A stretch of DNA of 63,675 bases, counting the filler, from Ministeria vibrans ATCC 50519 (lineage: Eukaryota > Protista > Filasterea), in NCBI GenBank assembly GCA_943704425.1. It is 5 parts of 5 records of this genome, joined end to end, with 100 filler letters (N's around TTAATTAATTAA, not from the genome) between each part and the next. Parts side by side here need not be neighbours in the genome. Positions count along the whole stretch, not along the records: positions 29,244 to 43,705 come from CALSCP010001968.1; positions 43,806 to 62,425 come from CALSCP010001809.1; 3 more parts are not named here. One strand, 5' to 3'. The notes beneath the pieces were generated by a model. It was not told the DNA's origin and did no database searches. It worked only from the letters and a program-made list of their open reading frames with translations. A program made the position numbers and the translations under genes. Shown here piece by piece: positions 35,162 to 47,183 of the stretch; position 1 is the stretch's first letter; each line of letters opens with the position of its first letter.

Positions 35162-37360
35162 CTATTGAGACTTCTTAGAGGAGAGGAGTGCGCTGCTCAT
35201 GTTCCTCTTTTGTGCATCAGAGACTGTGTATGTCACAAAGAACATGACAAGGACGGTTAGAACAGCAAACACACATGCAACTGTGCCAAGAGTCCCTGTA
35301 GGAAAAAAAAAAAAAAAAAACGTATAGCGCGTGTCACAGCAAACACGGGTGTGATACACAGAGACGAGGAACAAAGTGAAGGAAGAAAATAATGAGAAGT
35401 AGCGAACCGTAAAACTCGTGAGCGAGACAGTAGTGAACAAACTTGCCGAGCGCAAAGCACAGCAGAATAGCCCACACGACAGTCACAACGAGAGGTCGAA
35501 GAGGTTTTGGACGCTAAAAAACCAAAGAAAAGCGTGCGTCAATGAGTGCCAAAGTGCAAACAAGCTAAACACAAAAACCCCAACTCACAATGGCTTCGGG
35601 TTGAGCAAAGATCTGCTCTCTTTGATGGTGCTCGAGCAATCGATCCTTCTCGGCCCACAGGTCGCGAATCCACTGCGCGCGACCTGCGTCGTCCTGGGGA
35701 AGCTGTTTGGGGTCGTACGCACGCACCAGAATGTGCACTTCATCCCCCTGCACACCATTGCCAATACTGGCCAGTGTCGGCTCACGGCCCTTGGGAAACG
35801 CAAAGGTCACGTCGTACACAACGTCGACACTCGACTGAAGACCCGTCAGAGCATGGCTGAATCCTATCAGGACACGCAATACGGTCGGACCAAGTGAAAA
35901 AATAAGTAATCGGCAAACCTTTAGGACGCGGCAAAAGTAGATGGTCAAGAATAGGAAGGTTCTTCTCGGGGTGCTCTTTCACAAACTTGACCGACTCGGC
36001 ATGCTTGGCTGATGTGAAGCGTGTGCCTTCGGCAAAGATAACAATCCAGAAGGGAAACGTGTAGCTACGAAGCGTCTTGAAGAGCTGGTAAAGGAGGGGA
36101 GAGTAAATAGTGAGGCAGACAGACCGAGAGAGAAAAATTAACAAACCTTGTTCAAACGCGACTCGTCTTGAACCCACGAGCGCTTCAGAAAAGGATAGTC
36201 GCTGAACCACCACGACCAGCCAATGATTGGTAAATACTTCGAGGACTAAAATGAAGTGTTAAGTGATAAAAAAAGCGATCTTCCAATGAAAGCTTACGTT
36301 CTTCATCATTGACTTGGCGCCTCCAAGACAGCTGTGACTCTCGGCAATACAGTAGCCTAACAGCCAGTCGATGTCGCTTTTATGGTTGCACAGCGCAATC
36401 GCCTACAGAACACAGAGAGAGTTTGAGAGAGTTTGAGAGTTTGAGAGTTTGAGAGTTTGAGAGAGAGAGTTTGAGAGAGAGAGTTTGAGAGAGAGAGTTT
36501 GAGAGTGAGAGTTTGAGAGAGAGAGTTTGAGAGAGAGAGTTTGAGAGAGGGAGTTTGAGAGAGAGTTTGAGAGAGAGAGACAAAGAGAGAGAGAGAGACA
36601 AAGAGAGAGACAGACAAAGAGAGAGAGTTTGAGAGAAAGAGAGTTTGAGAGACAAAGAGAGTTTGAGAGACAAAGAGAGAGACAGTTTGAGAGAGAGTTT
36701 GAGAGAGAGAGTTTGAGAGAGTTGAGACTTTGAGAGTTTGAGAGTTTGAGAGAGAGAGTTTGAGAAAGAGAGAGAGTTTGAGAGAGTTTGAGAGAGTTTG
36801 AGAGAGTTTGAGAGAGAGAGTTTGAGAGAGAGAGAGACAAAGAGAGAGACAGACAAAGAGAGAGACAGACAAAGAGAGAGACAGACAAAGAGAGAGGAAG
36901 GAGAAACAAAGTGAAGAGAGAGAGAACGAGAGAGAAAGTGATGGAGTCAAAGGAACCTCCCTGCGCTCACAAACGAACCTTTTGCTTGCCAATGCTCTCA
37001 TTCCAAACTTTTTCGTCTCCAAAGAACCGGACGCGAACGCCAGCCCACCATATTGCCAGGGAGATCAACTGGGGCCAGTGGAGAAGCACGATTTGCTTGT
37101 TGATCCGTCGGAAGAGATCTTTTGAAAACGGATACACAATGACGAATGCAGCAATCTGCAACAGAACGACACGGTGTGAGTGGTAAACGACGATCACCTT
37201 TGTGAGTCAGATCGTGATGGCATGGAAGCCCAGGTCAGCAGGTAACGGGCGATGCATTGTTGAGTACCTGAAAGGCGTTGCAAACAACGCCACTCAAGAG
37301 AAAGACAAAGCCAAAGAAAAGAAGGGATAAGCTGCCACGGATTGCTGTTAGAAGCCCCAT
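35162..37360 (-). CDS. 1-acylglycerol-3-phosphate acyltransferase (AGPAT3/4-like), multi-exon
   Basis: NHKSDIDW (motif I); [21 protein letters not shown]; IFAEGTRFT; HLLLPRPKG; VYDVTFAF; [13 protein letters not shown]. Confidence 0.92.
36413..36900. repeat. Intronic GA-rich low-complexity tandem repeat (gagagttt / gagacaaa variants)
   Basis: Direct inspection; a similar tract lies at 63030-63325. Confidence 0.9.
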
Positions 37361-37866
37361 GGTAAGAGAGTGAGGGCGAACGAAAAGGCAATGAAAAGAT
37401 TGATGATTGATCGCTATTCGCTCATCGCTTTTTATATTCATTCGCTTTTCGCTTTGCTCTCTCAGAGGCTATTATTTTAATTAATAATATTTTGCTCATT
37501 AAAATCATATTTTTGCTCTGCGGACTGAATGAATAAAAACAAAACAAAAAATGAGGAGTGACTCAAGCGAGGACTCAAGAGTCAAGACTGATTTTCTTGT
37601 TTCAAATCTCAACAATTTACACCCGCAATGTACTACATCAGCACTTGACAGAGTATGTCATGATACCACGTCGCGAGCGAGAACGCCAAAATGGCGCCGT
37701 TGACTCCGTTTCAGAACTTCTTCGAGGCGTTGCGTTTCCCTTCCGCGTTGCGCAGGTGAAGCGCCGGCTCGACTGCAAAGGGCACGGACAACTGTCTGAT
37801 AATGGTAGAATTATTTTATGTGAAAACCAATTGTGCTTTTCCTGACTTCCAACCTCCTTATGATGT

Positions 37867-39458
37867 TTAATCCAGTTCAGGCACATGTCGCATCACTTGC
37901 AGCGTTGCGGTGAAGGTGAGGCCAGAATCGGAGGCCAACTGTATTCCATAGAGCACTGCTGTCTCGTTGAGCGCGACCACTGCCTGTCCCAGATTATAAA
38001 AGGCACTGCTGGAGGGGTTTGATGTGGTCTTGTTGCGTTTCGTGTCGGGCGGAACACCAAGGTACACACGATCTGCTTTGGCAAAGCGAGCACGTCCACT
38101 CAAAGGGTTGTAGTCAATTATGGTAGGGACAAAGGTGAACAGGTGTGTGCCGTTGAGTGACGCGTTTGAAATGGTCTCCATGCTAAACAGCCGAACAGTA
38201 TCCCCTACGTGCTGCGGCGCTTTCAGTACCGGCTGTAATATCGGCTCCAAACTGTTCTGGTTTCCAAAGGCACATGCAGGTGTCAAGGGAGACCAAAACA
38301 GGGGCTCAGCTCCGACATAAAACGAGTGTGTGTCAAGATCTGTGCGCACGAGCACCCAGGCAGCCATTGCCGCAAACCCGTACTCGCAGTTGCCCACTTC
38401 CACTGTTGAATTGGTGCGCAGCACACGCACTCGCGCAAGTGCGTGAGTCTGATTAACAATGGCAATTCCCGGCGGAGACAAAGGCTCCGTTAGGGGATAC
38501 CTTATCGGGCCAACCTCAAACGGGGGGAAAGGGATGCTTGCCTGCACAGAGATGCTCAAACCATCTGCTACTCGCGCTAAGGCGAGGACAGTTGGGCAGC
38601 CCAAATTCGCCCCGGACACGAGCAACGTCATGGCTGCCGCGTCCGCCACCTCAACGATGGGGAACGGCGCGAAAATGGATGCTTCACCTCCGTCGTGACA
38701 GATGCTGTCGAGCAGCGCCTCTGGTGGCCCGGCCACCACGCCTCCGTCCACGTTGATACGGAATGCCTGGACAACTACCCCAGACACAGGACGACTAGTC
38801 GTTGTGTTGAAGATTTTTGACACAAACCCGATCGCGAACAAGCTATCGCGCACGTACTTGACGGAAGAGAAAATGCTCAAGGGCGCAAATGCGGCGTTGT
38901 AAATGTTGGTCGTTTGCATCCGCACGGGTGCCGTGATCAAGTCCCCAAGGACGAATTTGAACACGTGCACGTTCACAACTGGGTTGTCGTCGTCCGAGTT
39001 GTCCGGTAGCACGACCGCCACGATGCCTCCCTCGCCGACAGCGACTGCTTGCGTGTGAACGTAAGGCTGATTTGCCCAGCTAAAGAAACAAGACAACAGC
39101 AAAATGAGATAGCAACAGATTTCGGCTCAACGCGTTCAGCTTACTCGCACGAGGATGACGCTACATTGGCGGCATTGCCAAGAATCACAGTGCCATTGTC
39201 CGCGACGAAGATACTCTGAATGCTCATATTGACCGAGTCTGAACCGAGCTCGATGATGCCAACAACGCGGTTCGGCTCGAGCAACTGTTCGGCAAACCCG
39301 AAGAATTGGCCTTCTTGTGCCCATACACTCGTCGTAATGACCTCGACCCGGCCGTTGGTGAAGGCAAAATCGGTATGGTTGCGATTCGGCGCTTTGAACG
39401 AATGAGCGAGCTGCAACCCGACAAGCGCTACAATCAAAATGCAGAAGGTGTTTGACAT
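37867..39458 (-). CDS. Secreted beta-rich protein of unknown function (at least 2 exons; 3' end uncertain)
   Basis: Signal peptide MSNTFCILIVALVGLQLAHS, GT-AG intron ~39146-39080, long second exon with many sequons; no family recognised. Confidence 0.7.
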
Positions 39459-40138
39459 ACGTCCCGCGGTGGTCAATGGACTGCTTTGTAGAAAAGACTG
39501 ACTAAGGCACTAAGCTGTCTGAGCAATTTGCTATTAGATTCTCATTCTGAGATCTCTCACCTCGTCCGTTGACTGTTCTACAATACCGCTGCCGCCGCAA
39601 TCAAGCATGAGTCATCACCAATACTGTATATCACTTGATCCATCTCGTCAGATTGAATCCGACGCCAACCCGCATTTTGTACACAGTTCTCGCTTATATT
39701 AATTTATTTGTGCACACACTTCTCGCTAAATATCGTTCGGCTATTTCACACACACACACTTAGGCCCTCGGAATACTAGATAAAAGTATTCCGTTGACAG
39801 TTGACACAGTTCTGCGTTGTGTTATCGCAGAAGGCGGCACACTGAGAACTTAAGAATGCAGTGAGTCGTGGTTGAGTGAAAGCTTGATATTAATGGACCT
39901 CCAGCCTGAAGTCTGCGTCGTAGCTCATCCCGTGGCGTCTCCGACGTAGGCCCTCGGAATACCTGATACCAGGTATTTGGCCTCAGACCGATCGGTATCG
40001 GTATCGGTATCGGTATCGGATTTTCGAGAGCATCGGTATTCGGCGGTAATACCGATAATTTATACAGTTTGTTTTTATATTATTAAAATAATTATTAATT
40101 TATTATTAATTTTACTATTTTTATTAGAATACGTCTTA

Positions 40139-42427
40139 TTATAAAGTTAGTATCCAACCATCCAAGTGCTGCCTTAAACGCGTGTGCGCACATTTGCGAA
40201 AATACTCTGAGACTTTAGAAAGAACATATGTCGATGAGGAGAGGTGAACGCCCACAGCATGCACATGAAACTCCCGCTCGCCGTCGACGTTGTCGTACAC
40301 GAAAAAGTTGATACTCGGTCCCTTTTCAGAACTTTTGCCGTGCTGCCCTGGTCGCGCATTGCAAGACACATGGTAGCATGTTGCATGCAAATTTAAGGCA
40401 TAAAAATTCTTGCCCTTCACAGTGTCCGTTTTGTTCCACTGTTGGGTTTTCAACTTTTTGATAATATTTTCCGGAATTTTGTGAGAGTCCAGGCCATGGG
40501 ACTGAATGTCATCACCCTTACAGTTTGTCCGAAAAATATAGACTGGCTTTGGTAACTTCATTTTGCAAGTGTCAACTCCGAATGCTTCCTGATCCGCGCA
40601 GCACCAGATTTTCTTAACATCATATTTCATGCGGTTGGGACAAACGCCAACAGAGGTGGTGTCAAACTTTAAGGTGAATTGTTCGCCGACGTATTGATAT
40701 TGAATCGAATATCGAACAATTTTTACCTTTCTGTTGGTTTTTCTGACCCTCACGTTCATATTGCCGTATGCATACACTTCCTCCTCTTCCTTCGGCGCCT
40801 CTATCGACATAACATGAAGGAACACGAGTTCATCATCGCACATGGCGCCCAAGACAGTACCAGGCTGGATATGGAAAAAATCTCCACGAAAGTTAATTGG
40901 ACTCTCCAACAGAAGCGAAGCATTTAGAGAGCTCGGGAAAAATTCTTCAAGAGGGTCATTGAGGCGTTGCCACGGAAAAAGGGCAATGTGAGTTTCGATC
41001 TTGGCATTTTTGCCCGACCCAGAACTTAGAACAACTTCTGATCGATAAAGGGCACGGTGGAGGGCAAATAATTTGCCATCTTGAGTAAAATAGCCACTAC
41101 CGGAACTACCAGCGGAGGTTTTGTGGCAAAGTACCATATAATTCGAGGCGACCAAAAGAGGCTTATTAAGGAGAAAGTCACTAGAGTCGTCGATAAGGTT
41201 TTCACTGCGTCCCTTCAAATATAATTTTAGACCAGCAGCATCAGGCTTCTTAGTTTGTTCAAAAAATGTCTTGTAGACTTCGTTCAACTCGTCCTGAAAT
41301 GACACCCACGACGTGCCTTTGGTCGCTCGGCGCTTCCAAATGTGTACCTCCTCAATCTCCGAGATGACGAATATGAAAAACCATCGCACGGGAGTCCGTT
41401 CATCAACAATAGATTCCAGCTCCGCTATTTCCAATTTAAAAGGGCTTTTGCAAAGCACTTCACTGTTGAGAATAGTCGCTGCTGTCTTCTCACCACTCCA
41501 TGAAATGTGTGCAGCATTCATTTCGTCGCATGTTTTAAATTTTAGAGCGTCTGCAAACGACACAGTTCGCCAATCTGAGATTGACATTACACGGCTACTT
41601 CTTTCGTCAGGAAAACTAAAATTGACGAGAGGAAGCAACGGTGCCTGATACTTACCTGTTCCATTCAATACATCGTCAAGTAGATCAATTGAATGTGAAG
41701 GAGGCTGTGCATCTTCACTCTCAAGCGATTCTTCAAATACATTGTCGGAGTCGCTAGTCTCCACCAAAGATTGGGAGATTTCGTTTAAAGGCTGTGAAAG
41801 GTCTGAGGGAAGAGATTCAAAAGTTTCAAGAGCAGCTATTGGTAAGGCGCGATCGTCAGGATATCGAAATATGGGGCTGAATGACAACTCGGGTTCACCA
41901 CTCTCATCAACAGTCGTCAATTTCAGTCCATCCGAATTGACTTGAAACTCTCTTTTGTTCAGTTTGAGCAAGACCATGTCGGAGTCTCGACCAACGTGAA
42001 ATACTGGTTGACTTGGCATTGCTTGCAGATCTTCTGTGTCCGAAATAATAGATTCAACTTGAAAAATATAGCCAGGGCGTCTGTGCAGGTTTTTCATAGC
42101 GGGTTCGTCAATCGCCTGAAAATACTCCACCTCCAAGTTAATGTTTGTATCCTCTCGAGAAACCATATATTGCCATGGTGCCACCACATGATAGCAGCTC
42201 AATACAAGGTCCTTATCGACAAGAACACCAGATCCAATCGTTTCTCGGGATTTCTCACCGATTTTTATTGTGAGTCGCACAACGGACTCTTCGCTTCCGG
42301 AGAGGCTCTTTCGAGCCACCTTAAACCGCTCGCTCGGAGAGCACGACTGACACTTTGCAGTGGTAGCTATGGCACGTCGAGGTGACACTGAAAGAGCGGA
42401 TGTTTGGCTCGCAAGACTTTCTGACAC
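40139..42427 (-). CDS. Trypsin-like serine protease with large internal insertions plus C-terminal domain of unknown, possibly toxin-like, function
   Basis: 762-codon exon; IGSGVLVDKDLVLSCYH(80)VV, DSD(150)MVLLKL, HKTSAGSS(442)GSGYF...LFALH. The start probably lies in an upstream exon (acceptor ttttctcag near 42431). Confidence 0.75.
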   Translation of the reverse strand: MSESLASQTSALSVSPRRAIATTAKCQSCSPSERFKVARKSLSGSEESVVRLTIKIGEKSRETIGSGVLVDKDLVLSCYHVVAPWQYMVSREDTNINLEVEYFQAIDEPAMKNLHRRPGYIFQVESIISDTEDLQAMPSQPVFHVGRDSDMVLLKLNKREFQVNSDGLKLTTVDESGEPELSFSPIFRYPDDRALPIAALETFESLPSDLSQPLNEISQSLVETSDSDNVFEESLESEDAQPPSHSIDLLDDVLNGTGKYQAPLLPLVNFSFPDERSSRVMSISDWRTVSFADALKFKTCDEMNAAHISWSGEKTAATILNSEVLCKSPFKLEIAELESIVDERTPVRWFFIFVISEIEEVHIWKRRATKGTSWVSFQDELNEVYKTFFEQTKKPDAAGLKLYLKGRSENLIDDSSDFLLNKPLLVASNYMVLCHKTSAGSSGSGYFTQDGKLFALHRALYRSEVVLSSGSGKNAKIETHIALFPWQRLNDPLEEFFPSSLNASLLLESPINFRGDFFHIQPGTVLGAMCDDELVFLHVMSIEAPKEEEEVYAYGNMNVRVRKTNRKVKIVRYSIQYQYVGEQFTLKFDTTSVGVCPNRMKYDVKKIWCCADQEAFGVDTCKMKLPKPVYIFRTNCKGDDIQSHGLDSHKIPENIIKKLKTQQWNKTDTVKGKNFYALNLHATCYHVSCNARPGQHGKSSEKGPSINFFVYDNVDGEREFHVHAVGVHLSSSTYVLSKVSEYFRKCAHTRLRQHLDGWILTL

Positions 42428-43046
42428 CGTCTGAGAAAAGAAAAACGAATTAAAAAAGCTAACAATAATAGCACTGAGTTGTGAAGAAAGAGCAACACAT
42501 CGCCGTCGGGTGTTTCAACTGTGCGCCACACAGTCACACACAGTCACACACCACTCTTCAGTTCATAATATTCAGATTTTGGGACTCAAAAAATCAAAAA
42601 AGGAAAGAAGAAAAAGAAAGAAGCGCTTCAACAACTCAATATAGTCGTTATATAGACAATGGCGGAAAGCTCACCAACACTAATACGCTAAAATAGGCTT
42701 CTAAATGATCAATAAGCGCGTGGCATGGTTCTGGCATGGTTCGAAGACCATACCCGAGATTTAACAGACACTTCCTTCCCTGCGAGCGCAGGATGAACAC
42801 GACCCATTGCACTCTGCGGGAGAGAAGAATCCTTCCCACTCATCAGAATCGGCGTATTAAAAATATGAAAGTTGAAACTTTGTATTTTGTTCCTTGGGCG
42901 AACTTGTGCTGGCAGAGCCTTATGTCCCTCTCAGGCAGGATATGGTGTATCTGGTGCCTATCGCGTCACTTGTCTGGCCAACAGCCAACCTTTCTCTGAC
43001 TCTCTGTATCCTTTCGACGCTTCTGTAGCTTAGAAAGTGGTTCTGA

Positions 43047-43101
43047 GCTGTTTGTGTTGTCGCTTTTCGTTTGTGATTGATAATATTGGAAATATCTTCT
43101 T
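43047..43101 (+). repeat. Second short dispersed repeat family (also 46889-46952, partial at ~60007)
   Basis: 39 identical nt gctgtttgtgttgtcgcttttcgtttgtgattgataata, then ttggaaat.tcttctt tails. Confidence 0.75.
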
Positions 43102-43705
43102 GGAGACTTGGACTTGTTCTTCTTCAAATTTTTCGAAAGTTACAAAGTTGAAAGTTCAAAGTAAATTATGAAATATGAGCCTATGGGCTATGACTGCTAA
43201 CTCATAACTGTATTATTCAGTGTCCGTTTGAGGGACGTCGCGGCAAAATAAAAAGAACAATAGAAAATCGCCGTTACCAGCGCTTTGGGAATTGGTATTC
43301 TTACCAACGCTCCACTTACGCTCGGTGTAGGTCATGTGGAATTGCGGGTGTGTTCAGAATTCAGGAATAGGCTAATAAGGGATGGGTTTCGCAAGGGAGA
43401 GCAACTGTGTGAACCGAAAGGTTCGAAAAGCCAATTTTCTCTTTCTCCCTGTGCGTGCGATTGTACTTTCTTTGTGTTGCGTACTGCGCACGGAGTACTG
43501 AGTAGTGACTAGTGTCACGACTTACGACCCACATGTTACATTTTAGATGAGTGTGGCAATATCGCGTAAAAAGTTTTTTTTTTTTTTACAATTTACGGCC
43601 TCATCGCGGCAATAACGCCACTGCAGCGGCGAACAATAGTGAGCAGTCTGTAAGTACCACTGCTCGGGGACCGGGGTTGATATGTGTCTGCTTTGGCGGG
43701 GGGGG

Positions 43706-43805
43706 NNNNNNNNNNNNNNNNNNNNNNNNNNNNNNNNNNNNNNNNNNNNTTAATTAATTAANNNNNNNNNNNNNNNNNNNNNNNNNNNNNNNNNNNNNNN
43801 NNNNN
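43706..43805. other. Artificial contig-joining spacer
   Basis: N44-TTAATTAATTAA-N44. Confidence 0.95.
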
Positions 43806-44189
43806 CTTCAAAAAAAAAAAAAAAAAACAGGCAAAGGGTCGCTTCCACGCGTCACACACTAGTGATTGCGAGTGCAATGCGGCCCAGTGGCGCACACCAC
43901 CGATTATGTTTCCGTGAAATGAGGACATACCGCAGAGGGCCCGGAAAGCAGAGCACACAAAGCCAACAAAACACAATACTATCCTCTACCGCGACCATCG
44001 ATTTCTCGCACACCAGACCACGAGTAGATAGAGTACTCCGCACTATTATTTATCACTATAGGATCGTGATAGAATCTGGTCACGAAAAGCACAATTTATA
44101 TTATGACAAAAAGTGTCATGTAAGTCGTCAGTCACATTAATATCATTGCTCACTCGTGTCAGTCGTGTGCAGTTTTTTATATTAAATAT

Positions 44190-44628
44190 TATGACTGTCA
44201 GGACTCGACACACTCGGGGCAGTGGCGGGGGCGCTGCAAGTGCTCCGGCTACGCCTGTCAAGTCGGCGGCAAGCGGCAAAGCAAAGGCAGCCGGACGAGT
44301 TGTCGCGTCGGCGCGAAAGGCGAAGAAGAGCGAGAGCAGAGGGCCGCTGGGGGGCAAGGAGGCGGCGCCTGCTGTGGAGAAGGGGGTGGTCGAGGCGGAG
44401 GATCTGGAGGGTGTTGTGGAGGAGAAGAGGCAGAAGGAGAAGAAGAAGAAGCGTTCGATTGAGCTGCTGGATGTGTCGCTGTTGGAGCAAGTGTCGAAGA
44501 AGCAGAAGAAGGGCCAACAGCCCAAGGCCGCCCAGCCGACGAGGCGTCCCACGAGCTATCAGGGGGGTCGCAGGGCAACGCGCGTGCTTGCACAGGGCGG
44601 AGTGACGTTTGTGAGGAGCGACATGTAA
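44190..44628 (+). CDS. Small Lys/Ala-rich low-complexity protein, unknown function
   Basis: ATG after an AT-rich leader, GC-rich codon usage (AAG/GAG), basic NLS-like KKKKKR; no family recognised. Confidence 0.5.
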
Positions 44629-44669
44629 AAATAATTGTGTGTGCTTTTGGTTCATTTCAATTCAAATTT

Positions 44670-45618
44670 CTACAGCTCATCGCGAGAGCGCACGTCATAC
44701 GTGACTTGGCTGATCATCGTCTGCACTTGTTCGGGGGTGAGGTGGCGCCAAGGAGCGTGCTACGTGCAAAACAAGCAAATATTCATTTGTGTGTTGGATT
44801 GGGCTGTCTGTTTGCTTACGAAGCCAAGTGGGGTTTCAAAGAAGAGGGTCTCAACGCTACAGTATTGTGAAGGGAAGGAGGAGTGTCAACAAGAGGAACG
44901 TGGAGAGGACGGAATGTAAGAGGGGTACCTGAAAGACATTGCAACGTCATGCGTGGGCAGACGGACCTCTTTGTCGCCCAACAGACACCAGGCAAAGACC
45001 ATGTCCTCGTTGGTGCAGTAGCGGCGCGCGGCGATCCTACTGTGGAGTCGTTTGTATGCAAATGAGTTGACGGCGGTGCAGCGACGCATTGCGCTGACGG
45101 AGCGCAGACTGAGCCCGCCATTGCCGCAAATGCCTCCGTCACTGTTGGTGGCGGTGGAGAGCGATCCTACACATTGCCATGTGGGTGGGTTAGAATTGGT
45201 GTTGTTATTGCTACTGTTGTCGTTGTTGTTGTTCGTACCGCGAGTCCAGGGGGCGCCCACGTAGTCGTAGTCGAGGAAGGCGTCGAGGCCACGACGCAGC
45301 AGGAGCACGTCGGGCTGGAACACGAGCACCTTCGAGCCCTTGACGTGGGTCGCCCAGAGGTCCTGCGACAAGAAGAAGTACTGGTACCAGGCGCTGTTCT
45401 TGGTAAAGTCCCAGCTGGGTCCCAAGTACGAGACAGATGCAACGTCGGTGTACACAACGTTGTGCAGGTCGGCGAGCGACGCGCGAACAGCTGCTTCGTT
45501 GCCGGCCGAGCAGAACACCTGCAGGCCCCAGCCGTCCGGCAGGAAGTGCATTACATTACGCACTGCATATTCAAGTCGGCGGATCACTGCGTCGCCTCCG
45601 CGCGGCTCGACAATCACT

Positions 45619-45708
<90 letters not shown>

Positions 45709-45955
45709 AAGAAACAAAGTGATAGAGAGANNNNNNNNNNNNNNNNNNNNNNNNNNNNNNNNNNNNNNNNNNNNNNNNNNNNNNNNNNNNNNNNNNNNNN
45801 NNNNNNNNNNNNNNNNNNNNNNNNNNNNNNNNNNNNNNNNNNNNNNNNNNNNNNNNNNNNNNNNNNNNNNNNNNNNNNNNNNNNNNNNNNNNNNNNNNNN
45901 NNNNNNNNNNNNNNNNNNNNNNNNNNNNNNNNNNNNNNNNNNNNNNNNNNNNNNN

Positions 45956-46042
<87 letters not shown>

Positions 46043-46053
46043 AAGAAACAAAG

Positions 46054-46089
<36 letters not shown>

Positions 46090-46640
46090 AAGAAACAAAG
46101 TGATAGAGAGAGAAAGAGAGAATGTGTGTGTGTGTGTGTGTGTGTGTTCAAGAGAGAGAAACAAAGTGATAGAGAGAGAGAAGGTTAGTGAGGACACGAT
46201 TGGCTTTTGACGTGCTGTCTGTACTGGCAAAAAAGGCGGGCTCCTCTGCTTGCGGCGAGGCAAGGTATGTTGGAAGTGGCAAGGATCGAAGCTGTGATGG
46301 CATAGAGGGCAGGTGAGCGTGTGTCTTGGTGCAATTGCGAGAGAAATAAAAAGATCGAATTGTGTCGCTATGTGCACCGTATCAAAAGTCTCGTCTATGA
46401 ACGCCGTCCACACGTTTTCGGCGTCTTTGGGATACGGCGAGTGTGACATGCCTGGTGCACTCATGTCCAGGTAGTCCCACGTCTCCTGCGCCGCCATCTC
46501 TTCAACATCCTAACCACAAGTGAAAGGTGAGATTTGCGGTTTTGCATTTGTCGACTTACCGCCGCAGTGTGCGCCGAGGCCTGCGCCAGTCGGGTGCCCG
46601 CAAGCAGGACTAGTACCAAAGCTTTGAAGGGCGCGTGCAT
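44670..46640 (-). CDS. DUF5672 (putative glycosyltransferase-like) protein with signal peptide and C-terminal RDEL
   Basis: VIVEPR...LPDGWGLQVF; VLVFQPDVLL...FLDYDYVGAPW; GNGGLSLRSVSAM; NEDMVF; LPTHDVAMSF|SVETLFFETPLGF|HAPWRHL...RSRDEL*. Confidence 0.85.
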
Positions 46641-46700
46641 CACTCCAAAATCAGAAAAATAATAATAATAATAATAATTATTATTATTGATTATTTTAGA

Positions 46701-46833
46701 AACACAACTTTTATTCATGACACAGTCACTGTGCAGTCACCAGGATCAGCAACAAACACACAAGTGCAATCGCTATTCAGTGAGGTAATCGCAATGGTAC
46801 ACCATACTCCCAGTGGGGGCTTAGGGCTCTGAC
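46701..46833 (-). repeat. Diverged copy of the TGTCAGAGCCCTAAGCC... dispersed repeat
   Basis: Reverse complement tgtcagagccctaagcccccactgggagtatggtgtaccattgcgattacctcactgaatagcg...gtgactgtgtcatgaataaaagttgtg matches both halves of 9968-10160. Confidence 0.75.
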
Positions 46834-47183
46834 AAGCTGTAAATAGCTGTCTCAACTGAGACAGCGATCAGTCATTGAAGAAACAAGTGCTGTTTGTGTT
46901 GTCGCTTTTCGTTTGTGATTGATAATAAATTGGAAATGTCTTCTTCTTCTTCAATATATATTTAATATTAAAGAGACATTCTCGCTACGGCGGAAATATC
47001 GTGCTGCTATTTGTTTTGTATACAGTCTTGTTTTGACATTAAGTACAGCTCTCGATTCTTTATTTATTTTCTTAATTCTCCTTGAATCTCTAACTCTAGT
47101 TTGTGGATCTAAAACTAACTCACTACCTAGCTTTTATATAGATATTCTCTCTCTCTCTCTCTCTCTCCCCCCCCCCCCCCCTC

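Noticed and set aside
36357-37022. [10 protein letters not shown]-type ORFs (also 62958-63375) and poly-L/N/Y ORFs at 56735-57149 and 34354-34692
   Set aside because: Translations of intronic or intergenic micro- and minisatellites.
44637-44919. Plus-strand second exon for the Lys-rich ORF
   Set aside because: The same bases are better explained as the last minus-strand exons of the DUF5672 gene ending in RDEL.
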